A stretch of DNA of 45,871 nt from the NCBI GenBank assembly GCA_029246845.1, contig JAQWMJ010000010.1, positions 1 through 45,871 of the forward strand. The letters are read 5' to 3'. Source of the DNA: Thermodesulfobacteriota bacterium. GTDB lineage: Bacteria; Desulfobacterota_D; UBA1144. A program made the translations under genes and the position numbers. This document shows positions 43,210-45,871 of the stretch, one piece after another (positions within the stretch are counted from its first letter, which is position 1; each line of letters begins with the position of its first letter). The notes beneath the pieces are model-generated. The model was not told the DNA's origin and made no database searches. It was given only the letters and a program-made list of their open reading frames with translations.

Positions 43210-44504
43210 ATTTTATTTTTTAAAAATTTAAAATAAAATAAGATGCCTAGTAATAAAGTTGATAAATTCTTAATTAACAATGCAATTGCTGCACCTTCAT
43301 GGCTTGCTTGTTGAATGAAATAGGAAAGTGAAATGCAATAAATAACAGTTGTAATTATAGTGCTAATTGTTAAGAATTTAGCATTTCCAGACGATAAAAT
43401 GGTAGGGTTTACCCAATAAGCAAGATTGTGAATTATCATTGCCCCTATTAAAATTCTCAATGCAAGAACTGCCTCAATATATTCCTCACCAAAAAATATT
43501 ACAATTAAGCTATTTGAAAAATAGAAAATTACCCCACCCATTGCAAGCGAAACCAGTAAGACAAGTTTTGTTGAGTCGTAAATAATTTTTTTATATAATG
43601 TGAATTTTTTTTCAGAATATAATTTAACCAATTCAGGGAATATTATCTCAAGTAAAGGGTCCATTATTCGTCTAATTATTTTAACTATAGCTCTCGCAGC
43701 TCTGTAGAGGCCAGCATAGTAAGGAGTTGTTAAGTATCCAACAGCTATGACACCTAAGTTTTTATCATTAGCAATATTTAATATATTTGAAAAATGTGCA
43801 TTCAGCATAAACTTTATAAATTCTAGCGATAATTTTAAGTCAGGAAAGTCCAGTGATTTAACACTTATATTGTTTAACTTTAGAGTCCTTCTCAAATAAA
43901 AAAGTCTTAGAAAAAAGCCGACTATATAACTAAAAACAAAACAATTTATTACATTCTGAATACTAAGACCGACTAATATTAAGCAAATTCCAACAAGTAA
44001 GAACCTAAGTAGATTTTGATAAATATTAATTTTCAGCATTGAAGTATAATTGTCAAAAACTCTTAAAATCCCATCCATTATTTCATTTAAGGTTATAAAC
44101 AAAACTACGAAAGAATAAGCAAAGATTAAATGCTTAGGGCTCACTATAGAAGTAAAGAGTTTCTCAGCATAGAAATTTGCAATAAGATATATTGCCAAGA
44201 AAGATATTGTTGAAGAAGCAAGACTAAGATAGAAGCTTAATGTTAAATATTTAGATACAACATTTTTTTCTTGGAGATTCTGACCCACGAATTTAACAGT
44301 AGTATCCCAGATTCTGAAACTTAGAAGTATATTGCAAATTTCTACTGCTGATATCACCATAGAAAATATTCCAAACTTTTCTACACCAAGAGATCTACCT
44401 ATTAAAAGTAGAGTCAAGGCGGAGAATACCCCCCCAGCAATTTTTGCTACACTAAGAATTTTGAAATTCTTTTTGATTCTATCGGTTAACTCTTTATAGC
44501 TCAT
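43206..44504 (-). CDS. Polysaccharide biosynthesis protein / MOP-superfamily (Wzx-like) flippase
   Basis: About 12-14 TM helices and 432 aa. N-terminal region typical of the Polysacc_synt family (..KIAGGVFSALTLLLIGRSLGVEKFGIFS). Confidence 0.6.
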   Translation of the reverse strand: MSYKELTDRIKKNFKILSVAKIAGGVFSALTLLLIGRSLGVEKFGIFSMVISAVEICNILLSFRIWDTTVKFVGQNLQEKNVVSKYLTLSFYLSLASSTISFLAIYLIANFYAEKLFTSIVSPKHLIFAYSFVVLFITLNEIMDGILRVFDNYTSMLKINIYQNLLRFLLVGICLILVGLSIQNVINCFVFSYIVGFFLRLFYLRRTLKLNNISVKSLDFPDLKLSLEFIKFMLNAHFSNILNIANDKNLGVIAVGYLTTPYYAGLYRAARAIVKIIRRIMDPLLEIIFPELVKLYSEKKFTLYKKIIYDSTKLVLLVSLAMGGVIFYFSNSLIVIFFGEEYIEAVLALRILIGAMIIHNLAYWVNPTILSSGNAKFLTISTIITTVIYCISLSYFIQQASHEGAAIALLIKNLSTLLLGILFYFKFLKNKI

Positions 44505-45871
44505 TTAATCTCACTTGTTCTATGTAGACCAAGATTCTTATTGCTTTTAACATAGTCCATAATCTGATTATCGAAAAAGTGAATCTTTTTGTTGGGAGAT
44601 ATACAGTTCAAATCTCTATCACCGGATAAAGTTTGATATGGTTTTTTACATATCTTAGGAATATTAAAAAATATTGAATTAGATTTACTGATTCTTTTGT
44701 TGAAGTCACGTAAGGATTCACTCTCAGCAAACAAAGGAAGATAGTAAGGTTTCAATGGAACAAGGTCAGTCCTTAAATAGTCTATTTGACGCTCCCCAAA
44801 AATAATTGAACTTCCACTTTCAATAGCACTGTATTTCTTTTTTAATTGTTTTATATTTTCTGTATAAGTTATGCCTTCAAAGGTGATTTGCTTATATAGA
44901 ACATTATATCCAATTGACAAAGAACCGATAAGTACTAGTGCCAGGTATATGTTCTTTATACCGTCGAAATGTATATTTGTTCTAGACAATACTTTATAAG
45001 CGAAGCCTATCATTATAAGAATTGATGCAGGGAATAATATTCTGTAGGAGAAAGGAGAAAACCAGATTGTGAGTCTCCAAAATAAAACTATAGTTATATA
45101 AAATAATGACATATATATAAAGTTAGTAGCTAAACTGTTAAGCTTCTCGTCTTTGATAGAAGTTTTTTTACAGTATAAGGCAACTAGTGAAATGAGGATG
45201 GCCGAAAAGAATGATGAGAATATTGAGAACATAGGACTGATTTTAAATCTAACACTGGCCATAATGAGATTAAGTTCCTCAAAAACTTTCTTTACAAAGT
45301 GAAGAATTATTTCACTTGATGATTCATAAGTAATGTATGCATGAGGATAGGTTAAGGATCCTGTAAAATACTTATTCATGTAAAGGTATCCAAGCATATA
45401 TGTTCCCGACGCCACTAGAAGAATAATAAGTCCCCTGGTATTAGATTGATTATTCTTTAATGATCTAAGGATTAAGAAAAAGTTAAATATTAATAGATAG
45501 CCACCTATGTATCTTGAAGAAAATGTTAGGACAAAAGAGAGTATGGCTATTAATATATTTTTTTTGCTAGCTCTTACTGTTAAGTTGTGAGTTGAATAAG
45601 CATAGGAGACTAGACCAACTATAAATAAATTTTCTGTTAATGTATACGAAAATATATTAATGAAGCTACCAGAAAGGAACAATAGAGCAATTAATGAATA
45701 TCCAAATAATGTATTTTTGTAAATCATTAAAAATATTAATAGGACTGATAAAATATTTAGTAACTTTGAAGACCAAAAGACATCAAGAAAAGTTAGTTTT
45801 GATATTAACGATATTAGGAGTGGATAACCTAAGGGCCACATGCTAAAGAAATTGATCTCCCCGCTATTAGT
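44501..45871 (-). CDS. Polytopic membrane protein, GT-C-fold (ArnT/PMT_2-like) glycosyltransferase candidate; 5' end lies outside the window
   Basis: The frame stays open to the window edge (TNSGEINFFSMWPLGYPLLIS...). Many TM helices plus a C-terminal soluble part. ATGA overlap with the flippase gene. Confidence 0.45.
   Translation of the reverse strand, partial: TNSGEINFFSMWPLGYPLLISLISKLTFLDVFWSSKLLNILSVLLIFLMIYKNTLFGYSLIALLFLSGSFINIFSYTLTENLFIVGLVSYAYSTHNLTVRASKKNILIAILSFVLTFSSRYIGGYLLIFNFFLILRSLKNNQSNTRGLIILLVASGTYMLGYLYMNKYFTGSLTYPHAYITYESSSEIILHFVKKVFEELNLIMASVRFKISPMFSIFSSFFSAILISLVALYCKKTSIKDEKLNSLATNFIYMSLFYITIVLFWRLTIWFSPFSYRILFPASILIMIGFAYKVLSRTNIHFDGIKNIYLALVLIGSLSIGYNVLYKQITFEGITYTENIKQLKKKYSAIESGSSIIFGERQIDYLRTDLVPLKPYYLPLFAESESLRDFNKRISKSNSIFFNIPKICKKPYQTLSGDRDLNCISPNKKIHFFDNQIMDYVKSNKNLGLHRTSEIK

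Noticed and set aside
1-45871. A genomic island, prophage, transposon, integron or defence system (restriction-modification, toxin-antitoxin, CBASS-like and similar), or any tRNA/rRNA gene.
   Set aside because: There are no integrase, transposase or recombinase motifs, no flanking tRNA, no long terminal repeats and no nuclease, methylase or ATPase defence hallmarks. Composition is uniform apart from highly conserved genes. The window reads as streamlined core genome.

Overview
This is an AT-rich window (roughly one-third G+C by eye) with very dense coding: about 45 protein genes, many ATGA/TAATG start-stop overlaps, and almost no intergenic DNA. It looks like core chromosome of a streamlined Gram-negative, probably marine, bacterium. 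I cannot assign a phylum without a database search. The combination of alternative complex III, a PUR-repeat protein and TonB/ExbBD only loosely suggests an FCB-group/Marinimicrobia-like or delta-like lineage, and that is inference.

Gene layout:
- 1-7.4 kb (+): housekeeping array of carB (3' part), greA, lspA, ribE, aroK, queG, tpx, a DUF59 gene, bcp and bioD.
- 7.4-15.1 kb (+): complete alternative complex III operon actABCDEF, plus an untracked 49-codon membrane ORF. purM follows.
- 16-17.9 kb: a TonB-like gene and two secreted/lipoprotein hypotheticals.
- 17.9-22.1 kb (-): operon of acyl-CoA dehydrogenase, malyl-CoA-lyase-like gene and Ecm/MeaA-like B12 mutase.
- 22.2-25.7 kb: cyclophilin and envelope/hypothetical genes.
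- 25.8-31.2 kb (-): sulfate-assimilation operon cysI-cysD-cysN-PiT permease-cysH.
- 31.6-45.9 kb: trhO, sodC, grx, a self-contained small-protein gene, ferredoxin, lysA, exbBD, an EamA transporter, ddl, thiolase, a PUR-repeat protein, ygfZ, trxB, an aldo-keto reductase, a Wzx-like flippase and a GT-C-like membrane protein that runs off the window.

I saw no rRNA, tRNA, CRISPR array, transposase or integrase.

The most interesting signal is in the roughly 300-nt leader of the sulfate-assimilation operon. It holds a Shine-Dalgarno-preceded 27-codon ORF ending ...NSCCCS (4 Cys codons, 3 consecutive). That ORF also carries an 8-nt perfect complement to the cysI ribosome-binding site. This looks like a cysteine-sensing leader-peptide attenuator.

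All functional calls rest on motif recognition by eye. No searches or folding programs were run.
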